Of a stretch of DNA of 57,168 nucleotides, positions 8,200-17,834 are shown piece by piece. This DNA comes from a virus. Lineage: Duplodnaviria; Caudoviricetes. A program made the translations under genes and the position numbers. The notes beneath the pieces are model-generated. The model did not search any database. It had not been told where the DNA came from and saw only the letters and a list, made by a program, of their open reading frames with translations. Within the stretch, counting starts at the first letter, position 1. Every line of letters starts with the position of its first letter. The stretch covers positions 1 to 57,168 of the IMG/VR virus record IMGVR_UViG_3300026026_000119, one strand, 5' to 3'.

Positions 8200-9009
8200 T
8201 TAAGCCGCCTTTGCGAAATACGCCGCGTGCTCGACGATCCAAAAGTCGTCGCAAAACTCCGATAGTAGGTACTCCCAAGAGAATCGGCACCAACCGTCAT
8301 CGCCCCAATCGTCAGCCCAAGAGTTCGGCACGTCCACTCCGTCCTCATCGTAGCCCGCTGCAATAAGAGCGTGGCCTCCGGCGATGTCGCCCCACGAGGG
8401 CAGAGGTACGAGCTTTCCTTTGTACTCGTTATAGCAAAACTGATTGCTCACCTGAGCGCCGAAAAGCACAAGGTGCCTTGGCCTTTGGCTGATAGCTTGC
8501 TGGATACCGAGCTTTCGCTCGGGGCCGCTACCGAGTATGCGGTGATAGGTGAGCGCCGTTTTCTGCTTATTGGCGAGGACAAACGCCATCGTATCGGGCA
8601 TCAACGACCAGTAGGGCCGGTCTTTGTCATCGCTGCCCGTACGGTACGGCCACGCGCTTTCGGCCGGAAAGCCGAGCTTGGCAAGCGCTTCAAACACCGT
8701 TCTGTAATCGGTGCCCTCGGGCTCGACGGGGTTGCCTTGCGAGGCCATGGCGAGCTTATAGCCAAACAGGCGAGAGCCGAGCACGGGATTGACTATGCCT
8801 TGCTCGACGTGGCAAGCGCGAATGTTCTGCATTACCGCGTTCAGCACGCACGTCGGTAAATTGCCTTGGTCCAGAATGTTGAGTATCAAGTCTTTAGCGG
8901 AGGCAGCCTTGGGCGGCTCAACCGCTTTTAGAATCCGCGTTGCGGACCAGTCGGGCTTTTGCCCCGGCTCTTTGGGCGGCGACGGCTTCCAGCCTAAGCG
9001 GTTTTTCAC
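8200..9009 (-). CDS. Papain-family (C1) cysteine peptidase
   Basis: DQGNLPTC (oxyanion Gln, catalytic Cys), GGHALIAAGYD (His), NSWADDWGDDG (Asn). Confidence 0.9.
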   Translation of the reverse strand: MKNRLGWKPSPPKEPGQKPDWSATRILKAVEPPKAASAKDLILNILDQGNLPTCVLNAVMQNIRACHVEQGIVNPVLGSRLFGYKLAMASQGNPVEPEGTDYRTVFEALAKLGFPAESAWPYRTGSDDKDRPYWSLMPDTMAFVLANKQKTALTYHRILGSGPERKLGIQQAISQRPRHLVLFGAQVSNQFCYNEYKGKLVPLPSWGDIAGGHALIAAGYDEDGVDVPNSWADDWGDDGWCRFSWEYLLSEFCDDFWIVEHAAYFAKAA

Positions 9010-9437
9010 CGCGCCCTCGGGAAGTTCGGCTTTGCGACAAGGAGATGGCCGCCCGCTCGCGCGCTGTAAAGCCCTTTGCTCTGCTCTTTGACCCCGTACT
9101 TATCGAGGATTTGCAGCATATCGGCCCACGCCTTTTCGAACTTATCAAGTGCGGCGACATAGTCCTTGTCGCTGACGTCTTTGGCCCCGCGAGCGATTTG
9201 TATTAGACCTTCCAAAGCCAACCGAGTGGATTGAATCACATCGTTTGCGATTCTCTGCCCGTTGGCATCAGGCCGTTGTGCAAACCACATGTCAACGAAA
9301 TTCTGTATCTCGTCAATGACGATAGTGTTTTGCATAATCGCGTCCGCTATCTTGACGATGAGCGGAATCGCGGCGCAGCCGCTTAGAGTCAGTGCCGTAA
9401 CGAGAAATATAATGGACAGGCGATTGCGTGTTTTCAT
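9006..9437 (-). CDS. Alpha-helical lipoprotein
   Basis: MKTRNRLSIIFLVTALTLSGC, a canonical lipobox; start re-assigned to 9437. Confidence 0.8.
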   Translation of the reverse strand: MKTRNRLSIIFLVTALTLSGCAAIPLIVKIADAIMQNTIVIDEIQNFVDMWFAQRPDANGQRIANDVIQSTRLALEGLIQIARGAKDVSDKDYVAALDKFEKAWADMLQILDKYGVKEQSKGLYSARAGGHLLVAKPNFPRAR

Positions 9438-9688
9438 GATCGAAATATACCAGAGCACTTAAACAAAATAAATAGCCACAACTGTTTATACCAAGGCGGA
9501 TTATAGACCCGCGGGGCAAACACAAGCCCGCATTTGCTACACGTCCAGCGATCGATTTTTATTTTTCCGTCAACGTGGTCGACGGGATTATAAACTACCT
9601 TCGAATGGGTACAGCAAACGGGCGTGGTTTCTAAATCGTCGTACTCAAAACCCGTCAAGAATTCTCCGGCTTTAGCGAATGTACACAT
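9434..9688 (-). CDS. Small Zn-ribbon protein
   Basis: CTH...RWTCSKCG; paralog of 4170-4409. Confidence 0.6.
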   Translation of the reverse strand: MCTFAKAGEFLTGFEYDDLETTPVCCTHSKVVYNPVDHVDGKIKIDRWTCSKCGLVFAPRVYNPPWYKQLWLFILFKCSGIFRS

Positions 9689-10074
9689 CTTTCGATTTTC
9701 GCCAAGAGAAACTGCTCTAACGTCTTCTGGTCTGCAAAGCCGAGAAGCTTGGCAAGAGTGCCCGCGTTTTGTCCAATATAAGTTTGCACCGCGATAAGAG
9801 TCTGTCTCTTGGCATCCTGTTGCGCTTCGATGGGGATCTTGCCGTCCTTTGTGTTGGCTCGGATATTGTCCACAAAGGTCTGCGCGGTATTTGTTACCGC
9901 TGTAGTAATCAGCTCATCGACATGAAGCAAGGCGGTTTGCACGTCTTGGTCTTTTATTTTCGAACGAATCAGCCTCGCCGACTCGGTCGATAGCCACGCG
10001 ATAAGCGCCATAATTACCGGCGAAAGATAGACCATTATCTGATAGAGCATATTGGTAGTGTCAACTTTGTTCAT
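9655..10074 (-). CDS. Holin-like protein (LL-H-like)
   Basis: Single N-terminal TM, then AVxxTxQTFVD...KDGK; adjacent to endolysin. Confidence 0.65.
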   Translation of the reverse strand: MNKVDTTNMLYQIMVYLSPVIMALIAWLSTESARLIRSKIKDQDVQTALLHVDELITTAVTNTAQTFVDNIRANTKDGKIPIEAQQDAKRQTLIAVQTYIGQNAGTLAKLLGFADQKTLEQFLLAKIERCVHSLKPENS

Positions 10075-10757
10075 GGCTCGCTTTCCTTTCGGTAAACGTC
10101 ATCAAGGATTTTCGGCAAACAGTACTTCATCCAAACCGGGCTTGGATCGGTCTTGTTGGGATTATACATGAAGTGGCCGTGCTCGAATTTCTTTCGCTCC
10201 CAACCCCACTTGAGGCGGCACGCTGCAACTATCATCTTGGCAAACTCTTGTTGTTCGGCAGTAAAGCTCTCGTACCACTTGCCGCCGACCTCCACCACTT
10301 TTATCGGCTCGATTAGAAGAGACTGTTTTTGCGCGTATGGCCAGCGGTAAAAAAGTCGCGACCCTGCGGGCTTTTCCTTGACCTCACCGACGTTTTCAAG
10401 CTCTACGCCCAATAGGTGCATGTTGAGATTTACCGGCTTATCCCCGCACCCGTAAGCGATGGCCTTCCATTTCTTGCCAATATGCCACGCGCCCTTGTTA
10501 GTCGGGATCGATTGAATACCGCGACCCTCGCGCGTGATCAGCAAATGCCAGCTCCGGGGTAGTTCACCCTCAACGGGCATCTTCTCGATCCAGTGCGCCA
10601 GCTCTTCATCGCCCCGAGGCGGTGTATCGGATATCGTTGCATGCCAGCACAACCCATTTGGCGGCTGCACGATAAAGCACGTCCGCACCGACGGTATGTG
10701 AATCAGTGGCGGGTCTTTGTCGCCCGCGACAAACCAGCTATCGGTTGAGATCATCAT
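10071..10757 (-). CDS. Endolysin, N-acetylmuramoyl-L-alanine amidase (Amidase_2)
   Basis: WHAT, SWHLLI, AWHIG, GVELEN, GH...KTDP Zn-amidase motifs. Confidence 0.88.
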   Translation of the reverse strand: MMISTDSWFVAGDKDPPLIHIPSVRTCFIVQPPNGLCWHATISDTPPRGDEELAHWIEKMPVEGELPRSWHLLITREGRGIQSIPTNKGAWHIGKKWKAIAYGCGDKPVNLNMHLLGVELENVGEVKEKPAGSRLFYRWPYAQKQSLLIEPIKVVEVGGKWYESFTAEQQEFAKMIVAACRLKWGWERKKFEHGHFMYNPNKTDPSPVWMKYCLPKILDDVYRKESEP

Positions 10758-10794
10758 CTGTCAAACCTCGCAAAGGCCGGGGTTATAAGACCAC

Positions 10795-10983
10795 TTACTT
10801 ATTTGGCCCGCCGGACGGCCTTTTGGACGCGGGCCTCGGGTCTACTGACAGTCGCTTTTCTCGCATCAGTTCAAAAGCCTCCTGTTCTCGCCGTTCGCTT
10901 TCTTCGAGCTTTTTCTGCACCTTGTGAAGCAGCTTAGCGAGTTCGGGGTCGAACCGAAAAATGCTTTTGATTGACTCCTTCAT
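10795..10983 (-). CDS. Small hypothetical protein
   Basis: Operon context in lysis cassette. Confidence 0.55.
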   Translation of the reverse strand: MKESIKSIFRFDPELAKLLHKVQKKLEESERREQEAFELMREKRLSVDPRPASKRPSGGPNK

Positions 10984-10986
10984 TGG

Positions 10987-11289
10987 CTATCTGTCGTCGA
11001 TGGTTTTGCGCTCTTTTCTCGGCGGCTTTGCCCTCAAAAGCACCTCGTTGGCGCATCGGTTGAAATCGGTCAGAGTTTGTACCATGACTTCGCCGCGCTC
11101 CAAAAACTCTTGATAGTTTCTGTCGAGCATATCGGAGCGCTTTTCTTTTTCCGCAATAAGCTCGCGCTGAGCCGTTTCGAGCGCGGCCCAGATTTTAGAC
11201 CGGTCTCGCGCGAGCCACGCCATACCGAATAGCAAAATCACATTGAGAGGCGTGGTGTACGGCCCGAGCGCTCTTAGTACTTCTTCCAA
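10987..11289 (-). CDS. Single-TM coiled-coil protein (holin/antiholin-like)
   Basis: N-terminal TM PLNVILLFGMAWLA followed by coiled coil; upstream of endolysin. Confidence 0.55.
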   Translation of the reverse strand: MEEVLRALGPYTTPLNVILLFGMAWLARDRSKIWAALETAQRELIAEKEKRSDMLDRNYQEFLERGEVMVQTLTDFNRCANEVLLRAKPPRKERKTIDDR

Positions 11290-11295
11290 GCGGTT

Positions 11296-12348
11296 TTACG
11301 CTCGCGCGAAGATTATCGCGATTTCGCAAGCTCCCGTGCTCGGACTGCCAGTAACCGATAGAGTTGCGATAAGCTGAGTAGCGCTCGCGTAGGTCAAAAG
11401 CGCCCACACGGGGTTCATGCCCGTCTTGGTCAGATCGTTATCGGTCGTAGCCTGAAGCTCATCGACCGCGCCCGCTTTGCCAACCGAAAGCGTGGGGCTC
11501 GTGCCGTTGAATAGCTCGGTGACCTTTACGAGGACCGCCAAAACCTTGGCGCCCGCTGGCACTACGGCCCCCACGTTATTGGCTCCCGTGTTGGAAAACG
11601 TGATAGCAACGGTGCGGACTTCGAGCTTTTTGGCTTCGTCGGCAACGGTGATGTCTTTGTCCTGCACCGTGAGGATTCGTGTCTGACCCGCGGTAACTCC
11701 CGAAACCAAAAGCTGAGCGCGGCTTGTCGCCTCGCCCGCGGCCTGTACCGTAAGGCTCGTATCCTTGATGTTGACGGTACAGGTGTTGTCTAAGGTCTTT
11801 GCCCCGAGCGATTGGCTATTGGTAGTGCCTACAACGGCTCCCGTGGCCCCGTGCGCAGCGGTGAGGCCCGCGTGCGTGGTTAGGTCCGCACTGGAACCCT
11901 GGTCAAGCCACGCGCTTGTCGTGGCGTCCCAAAGGTACACGTGGTCCGCGGAGTAGGTGTTGGTACCGCCCGATAGAGCGGTTGTGACCTTGATGCTCTG
12001 CCCGTCAAAGGGCGTGTAGGCTACCCACGCGCCGCTTTCCCCGCGGTACAAGGTCTTCAGAACGTAGACCCCGCCGGCGGTGGTACAGATGTAGATAGCG
12101 CCATTGACAACGGCGGCGACCGAGCCGCCATTGATCTGGCCCGTAACCACCGCGCCGGCGCGCACTTCGAGGTAGCGCTTGGTGACAAAACCGTCATCGG
12201 TATCAGGAGAGGCGCCACGCATCGCCACAAAGCCGTCTCCGGCCTTGTTGAGCGCGTCTAAGCCCTCGGTGCTCAGGTAGTTTCTCCCAAGCCGAGGGCC
12301 TCCCGAGCCAAACTGCAAAACGTCTCTTACTTTCGCCAATAGGTTCAT
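11296..12348 (-). CDS. Virion fibre/appendage protein
   Basis: G/A/T-rich beta composition, HGATGAVVGT fibre-type motif; AAGGAG RBS. Confidence 0.7.
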   Translation of the reverse strand: MNLLAKVRDVLQFGSGGPRLGRNYLSTEGLDALNKAGDGFVAMRGASPDTDDGFVTKRYLEVRAGAVVTGQINGGSVAAVVNGAIYICTTAGGVYVLKTLYRGESGAWVAYTPFDGQSIKVTTALSGGTNTYSADHVYLWDATTSAWLDQGSSADLTTHAGLTAAHGATGAVVGTTNSQSLGAKTLDNTCTVNIKDTSLTVQAAGEATSRAQLLVSGVTAGQTRILTVQDKDITVADEAKKLEVRTVAITFSNTGANNVGAVVPAGAKVLAVLVKVTELFNGTSPTLSVGKAGAVDELQATTDNDLTKTGMNPVWALLTYASATQLIATLSVTGSPSTGACEIAIIFARA

Positions 12349-12378
12349 GATCGTCTCTCCTTTTACCGATAGTTTACA

Positions 12379-13185
12379 CTAAATCAGCTTGTCGGCCCTA
12401 ACCCAAATGGTTGGGATCGGTACCGCATTGATAAACGACGGCGACGCGGGAAACTGGTCCGGTAGCGCCGCGTAAGTAAAAGCTACGCTCAGTCCGTAGT
12501 TGGGGTTGTTCGGCAAGGTGCTCGACCAGCCGAGTAGGTTTTGAAGCCCGTCTTTGGTAAAGCAGCGAATCGTAGGAGTGCCATTACTGACGACGACCAT
12601 CCAATAAAAGCCCGGATCGAGTTTCTGATTGCCGGTGATTTTCTTGGCTCCCGTCGTTGAGATATCCACTTCGCCGGCGTCGTACTTGAGCTTCTTCGGG
12701 TATCCGAGCTTGTCCTTGTATATACCGAGTCGCGCGCTTCCCGTCCCGGCGGTGGTAACGTTTATCGCGATTCGGTCGATGCGCAGAGCTATCGGCAATA
12801 TCAGCGGCATAGCGTATAGAGTGTTTGCCGCGATAGCGCCAGTGGTCAGGTTCGCACCCGTGCTCGGCGACGAGTACCAAGCGTCGTAGTTGTCGGTACC
12901 AACTTTGAAAAGAGAATCGGTGCCTATAATCATGCCCGTGGTTTTGTCTTCTGGGGCAAGACCTGCGTCCTGCACGGCGCTTTTTTCCGCCGCGCTCATC
13001 TCGACAAAGTTTCCCGCCACTATCTTCTGATAGTAAAGCGGTAAATCCGTTACCGGCTGAGCTCCGTCGTTGAGCGCGACTTGCGTCATCGTGCCCGCGT
13101 CGTAATCGGGATCTCCCGTGAACTCCGAGTATCCGTACCGAAGCACCGCGCCCGTAGCGTTATCCGTCAATGCGTTATATGCCAT
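12379..13185 (-). CDS. Virion fibre-associated protein
   Basis: Beta-sandwich C-terminus (ARLGIY...PGFYW); AGGAGG RBS. Confidence 0.65.
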   Translation of the reverse strand: MAYNALTDNATGAVLRYGYSEFTGDPDYDAGTMTQVALNDGAQPVTDLPLYYQKIVAGNFVEMSAAEKSAVQDAGLAPEDKTTGMIIGTDSLFKVGTDNYDAWYSSPSTGANLTTGAIAANTLYAMPLILPIALRIDRIAINVTTAGTGSARLGIYKDKLGYPKKLKYDAGEVDISTTGAKKITGNQKLDPGFYWMVVVSNGTPTIRCFTKDGLQNLLGWSSTLPNNPNYGLSVAFTYAALPDQFPASPSFINAVPIPTIWVRADKLI

Positions 13186-13194
13186 CTAATCCTC

Positions 13195-15936
13195 CTAAAT
13201 AAACTCTGTAAAACCAACAGCCCAGATCGAGCAGCTTTCAGTAGTAGCACTGTTCGCGTACTCAATGATTTGCGATCCATCCGTAGGTACGTCCATGACC
13301 GAGCTGGCGGTATCTCTGAACGGTCCACCTAGCGCGTTCTCCGCATTACTGCCGCCATACTGAACCCAAGTGCCAGGATCTACTGTCGCGCCGTTAGGAC
13401 GTATCTTTACATATGAAGTGTAGGATCTACCCGACCAATGCTGAATCAAAAAGCATCCTAGTGTCGAAGTCGGCGGGATAAACGAGGCGCAGTTGACATC
13501 GGTAAAAGAGGTTGCGGTGCCTCCGTTGAGGACGTTTACGGTGCTTTGCGCCTCCCCCGAGTATTTATACTTGCGCAAGGTGCCGGCCGCGATTTCTTGT
13601 ACCGCCGCCATAAGGTTGCCCGAACCGTTATTGCGCCATACTCCAAGCCGTTTTTTCTTGGTGTATCCGCTTGGCAACGTCGGAGAGCTGGAACTGAGAC
13701 TAAACAAACCCGCGTACGTGACGGTGCTCGGATTGTAAATCAGCCAGATATAGTACCAAGTTGCCGACGCCTCCGAGCCGGTATCAAGCCCGTTTGCACC
13801 CGAAGCGGTAAGGCTTATCGTTATCGTAGCGGTGGGTTGTAAATTCGTCGTGTCGTCATCGCTCCTCGCGCACCCAACCGCTATATCGATCTGATAGTTG
13901 GGATTGGTGCCGTTCCTCGATAAGCCTAGTCGCGCAATATACCCAGTCGGCCATGCAGGTACGCGCCACGTTTTATCCCACCCGAAAAACTGCGGGGACG
14001 CGCCCGCCGCTATTACTTCCTCGTAGTCGGTGCCAGCCGCTCCTATGCCCATAACCCCGGAGGTGACCTTGACAAGTCCCGAGCCGGTAGCGCGCTTGGC
14101 AGCCTTGCCCGAGGTGCCACTGAAAAGCATTATCTCGCTATCGACCGACGCCGCTGGCCAGTTGGAGTCTAATAGCTGTAGGGCGTCCGAGACGTTGCCA
14201 AGGCTGACTTGAGTTTTAGTAACCGAGTGCGGATTGGCCACGCTGGCGATATGGCTATCGATCGTGGCGTGACTGTTGGTGCCTATGCTCGCACTAGCGA
14301 GATCGGCGTGACTGATATTGCCCGGAACCACGTCCACGTCTATCGTGTGGGGCGTAGCGTTGTCGGTAACCGAGACCTTGGTGGAGGCGGCCTTGACGTT
14401 CTTGAACTGCAAATCCACGCCCGACTTCTGCACGAAGACGCCAACACCGCTAGTGCCAACATTGCTCGCTGTGTTTACCTCGCCACCGCCCGCGCCGCTT
14501 ATCATCGTGGCAAGGCCGAATTTGCCCGACGGCGTAAACACCGCGTACGCGGTATTACTGTCGTCGGTAGTTCCCTGCTGAATCGTGACGTAACCGAGGA
14601 ATATACACGTAGTAAGATCGGGGTCGAACGTGAAACCGTCCTGTAGGTGAGCGAGGGCGGTAGCCTTGTCGTCGTAATACGTCTGTCCATATTGGACTAC
14701 AACGATCAAATCAACCGAGGCGTATTTGAAAAAATACTGATTTGTCCACTTGCCCGACGGAACGCTGACCAGTCCCGCATTGCTACCGGGGTCGTAATTG
14801 TTCGGGTCGAGGTTATACCCGTAGGAAGTGGGAACAAAAACGTCGCTTGTATTCCTATATGCTCCTACCAAAAGCTGCGGATTGCCTATCGCGTTAGCGA
14901 TCGTACTGAGGTCCTTGGCGCTGTTGTAGTAGTTGCCGTCGCGCTTGAACGCGGAGCCCGCAGTTCGCTTGACTCTCAGATCGGTGCCATATGGCCCCAT
15001 AACGTTGCCCGAAATCTTGAAATCGCCGAACCACTCTAAAAACTCCAACGTCTGCTGCTGCACGTCGTACGCGATATTGGTCACCGGAGAGACGTTGGTG
15101 AGATAAGAATGATTCTCGTGGCCAACGCCTCCGAGCATGATGTAGTCGCGCCAATCGACAGCACTAGGCCTAGAGGCGAACTCGATAACATCGCCGTCCG
15201 CGTCGATAGCGAGATACGAGATAGTGGAGGAGCCGAGGTAAGTAAGCGAGACGCTGGTTTTGGTGTCCCACTGAACGCGGGTACGCACGGGGTTTTCCGG
15301 GTCAGTATAGTTATTCACTATATACCCGACGCCCGCGGAGATATCTACCGTGGTAGTAGGATCGGCGCCGTGCTTGGTGATCACTCCGCCCTTTAATAGG
15401 CCAGTCGACATAACGTTGGAAAGGAGTTCCGGCTCGCCAGAGGTCATACGCAACTCAAGGTCGTCGGTACCAACTACATCGCTTCCCGGAGCGTTAGAAA
15501 ACACGAACCGTACCCCAGCGTCGGTACCGGTTTGCACTCCTATGGTAGCGCCCGAGACGGCCATCCCGGCGGCGAAATCTGCCGCCCGAACCATCGGAGT
15601 GCTCGCGCCCTTCCAAAGATAGACGCCGTCCTGAGAGGTTGCCGTCTGCTGGTCGCATATTACCCGCAAATCGGTGCTCATGGTTTGGCTATCGATAGTA
15701 GCTCCTGGAGCCGACAGATCGAGATTGCCCTGAGCGCGCACAAAGGCGGGGTCTTTGTTTTTCTTAGCCAGCCACATCGCGTAGGTAGTCGGATTGCCGT
15801 CTGCGGTAGGAGCTGCTACCTCGACGGTGCCATCGGAAAAGTCGTGTTCTCCGGTCCACGCGTAATCGTCCGCAAGATCGACAATCGTAGAGTCGGCCGC
15901 CGATTCTTCAATATTATCACGACTAGTCTTTGTCAT
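13195..15936 (-). CDS. Long tail fibre protein (913 aa)
   Basis: Fibre modules ATID...RVI..Q....DGVY, HIASVANPHSVTKTQV.LGNV, and GANGLDTG...WYYIW..PTLPSGYTKK. Confidence 0.8.
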   Translation of the reverse strand: MTKTSRDNIEESAADSTIVDLADDYAWTGEHDFSDGTVEVAAPTADGNPTTYAMWLAKKNKDPAFVRAQGNLDLSAPGATIDSQTMSTDLRVICDQQTATSQDGVYLWKGASTPMVRAADFAAGMAVSGATIGVQTGTDAGVRFVFSNAPGSDVVGTDDLELRMTSGEPELLSNVMSTGLLKGGVITKHGADPTTTVDISAGVGYIVNNYTDPENPVRTRVQWDTKTSVSLTYLGSSTISYLAIDADGDVIEFASRPSAVDWRDYIMLGGVGHENHSYLTNVSPVTNIAYDVQQQTLEFLEWFGDFKISGNVMGPYGTDLRVKRTAGSAFKRDGNYYNSAKDLSTIANAIGNPQLLVGAYRNTSDVFVPTSYGYNLDPNNYDPGSNAGLVSVPSGKWTNQYFFKYASVDLIVVVQYGQTYYDDKATALAHLQDGFTFDPDLTTCIFLGYVTIQQGTTDDSNTAYAVFTPSGKFGLATMISGAGGGEVNTASNVGTSGVGVFVQKSGVDLQFKNVKAASTKVSVTDNATPHTIDVDVVPGNISHADLASASIGTNSHATIDSHIASVANPHSVTKTQVSLGNVSDALQLLDSNWPAASVDSEIMLFSGTSGKAAKRATGSGLVKVTSGVMGIGAAGTDYEEVIAAGASPQFFGWDKTWRVPAWPTGYIARLGLSRNGTNPNYQIDIAVGCARSDDDTTNLQPTATITISLTASGANGLDTGSEASATWYYIWLIYNPSTVTYAGLFSLSSSSPTLPSGYTKKKRLGVWRNNGSGNLMAAVQEIAAGTLRKYKYSGEAQSTVNVLNGGTATSFTDVNCASFIPPTSTLGCFLIQHWSGRSYTSYVKIRPNGATVDPGTWVQYGGSNAENALGGPFRDTASSVMDVPTDGSQIIEYANSATTESCSIWAVGFTEFI

Positions 15937-16460
15937 ACCGCCACCATCGTATAGGTTACCTGCACCACTTTATTCGTCTTTATATCCCCAGTAAGTCCGG
16001 TAGCTCCGCCGTTGCCGTTTATATGGACCTCGTTACCGTTTTGTATTTCGTAGTCTGGCGTAGCTCCCGTCGAACCAACCAGCACCTTGTTGACTTGCAT
16101 CGGACCTTTGTGCATCACCAATAGCACCATACCCGAATCTATAGGAGCGCCCGCCAATGTAAAAAATCCCGCCGCGTCCTCACCAGCGGTTATCTTGTGA
16201 TACTCTTGAACTAATATCGGCACGGTCGGAAGGTCGGCAAGCACGGGGTCCCACGCTGTGTTCCCATCGTTTCGCCGATAGAGTTTATGCTCGTCCTTCC
16301 GCCAGAACAGTTCTTGCGCCTGCGCTTCGCTCGGGAACGAAGAACCGCTCGGTATTATCAACGTACCGCCTATGTCGCGGTCGAACTGATACGTTCCGGC
16401 AATAACCCGTGGTGTTGATTCGTCGATTACGATAAAGGCTTCCATATCAACTCCTAACAC
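15933..16460 (-). CDS. Fibre-associated structural protein
   Basis: ELFWRKD..KLY motif; operon context; start may be 16445. Confidence 0.6.
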   Translation of the reverse strand: MLGVDMEAFIVIDESTPRVIAGTYQFDRDIGGTLIIPSGSSFPSEAQAQELFWRKDEHKLYRRNDGNTAWDPVLADLPTVPILVQEYHKITAGEDAAGFFTLAGAPIDSGMVLLVMHKGPMQVNKVLVGSTGATPDYEIQNGNEVHINGNGGATGLTGDIKTNKVVQVTYTMVAV

Positions 16461-17067
16461 AAGTTACACTAGTTAGCCTGCTGCCGGTCCACGCGTACGT
16501 TTTGGTTAGCGTCTCAACCAGAGTGCCCGAGCCGTCGTACTGTTTTTCAACCGACCCGGTCATCTTGCCCGAGCCGTACGTGTAGTCGTACTCGCGTATT
16601 TTCAAGGTCTTGCCAGCGCTGGTCCACACGGTGGCATTGGAAACATAGCCGCCCGAGTACGTGTATTCCTCGTAATAGCTCTCATCGAGCTCGTGCGTGA
16701 GCGTATCAAGAAGCCGATGGTTGTCGGCGGAGACTTTATCGGTCAGATCGACCTCGGCCCCTCCCGCATCTGGAATCCAAAAAAGCCCATCGTCGCTGGT
16801 TTTTTTATAGATTCGGCCCCGGCCCGCACCCGCGTTTCCCGGAGCCGTGGTATCGATGATTTCGATATAGCCATCGACCTCGGCGTCTCCGAGCGCATGT
16901 ACCAGTGCCGTGGCCGAGCCGAGCTGTAGCTCCTCGGTGCTAAGAAGCGCACCTACCGCAAGATTTCCCGAGGCTGATTTGCGCTCAAACGAGTCGGCTT
17001 GTAGCGCTTCTCCACTGGCCACTTGAGCCAAGAAGCCGTCGGAGCCGAGTATCAGCGCTATAGCCAT
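16447..17067 (-). CDS. Fibre-associated protein with Tyr-rich beta-hairpin C-terminus
   Basis: N-terminus paralogous to 17835-20183; YTY repeats. Confidence 0.65.
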   Translation of the reverse strand: MAIALILGSDGFLAQVASGEALQADSFERKSASGNLAVGALLSTEELQLGSATALVHALGDAEVDGYIEIIDTTAPGNAGAGRGRIYKKTSDDGLFWIPDAGGAEVDLTDKVSADNHRLLDTLTHELDESYYEEYTYSGGYVSNATVWTSAGKTLKIREYDYTYGSGKMTGSVEKQYDGSGTLVETLTKTYAWTGSRLTSVTCVRS

Positions 17068-17831
17068 TAGGCAACTTGAACCCTCTTTCCCGCGCTCTCG
17101 GGATCGAAGTTACAAATCGCAAATCCCTCTTCGGTTTTCAAAAACTTTACCGCGTATCCAGGAGGTAAACTCGGCTGCAAAGCGTCCAGTATCTCGTTGA
17201 CGCAAACCTGCATTTTATCAGCGGCGGCCTTGCAGCTCGGGTCCGTCTTTATCGCCAGCGCGATATCCGCTGATAGCTTGGCTTTAGCCGCCGCCGTTAG
17301 AGCAGCTACTAACGGAGCGGCCACCGTGCGGTGCGCACTCTCGCAATAAAGCAGCTTGTACTTGAGCGCCTCGGGGATGGTCGCTCTGACCTCACCCTTG
17401 TCATTGGCCGCTATTGGCGACGGAGGCGGCACAAGGCGCGGCACCGGTCTTGGCAACGCTGTTACGGGCGCGTGTATTGGAGGCAGAGAGTCTGCGGGCA
17501 CTCCCGCGTTAGCGGCCTCGCGGCGTTGCCGCAAGGCGTCCATTTCGGCTTGCTTTTTGAGCCGCCTTTCCTCACGCGCCTTTTCCCGCTCGTCTACAAG
17601 CGGGACCGCCTTGGCCGTCGGCGGCTCGGTCTTTACCGTGGCTAAAAGCTCGGGCGATAGTACCGCCTTTTCGATTGGGATAGGCAGCGGGGGCGGTTTG
17701 GGTAACGCAACATCGGCGGGTTTGTTGACCGGGATGATTTGCGATACCGACACCGCGGCACCGGGGGAGGGCTTTTTTACCGACGGCTTTTTACTCACCG
17801 CCGGCGTTTTTGGTTTACTCTTTATAGCCAT
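17067..17831 (-). CDS. Hypothetical Pro/Lys-rich protein
   Basis: Coupled ORF; low-complexity N-half, helical C-half. Confidence 0.65.
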   Translation of the reverse strand: MAIKSKPKTPAVSKKPSVKKPSPGAAVSVSQIIPVNKPADVALPKPPPLPIPIEKAVLSPELLATVKTEPPTAKAVPLVDEREKAREERRLKKQAEMDALRQRREAANAGVPADSLPPIHAPVTALPRPVPRLVPPPSPIAANDKGEVRATIPEALKYKLLYCESAHRTVAAPLVAALTAAAKAKLSADIALAIKTDPSCKAAADKMQVCVNEILDALQPSLPPGYAVKFLKTEEGFAICNFDPESAGKRVQVA

Positions 17832-17834
17832 TTG

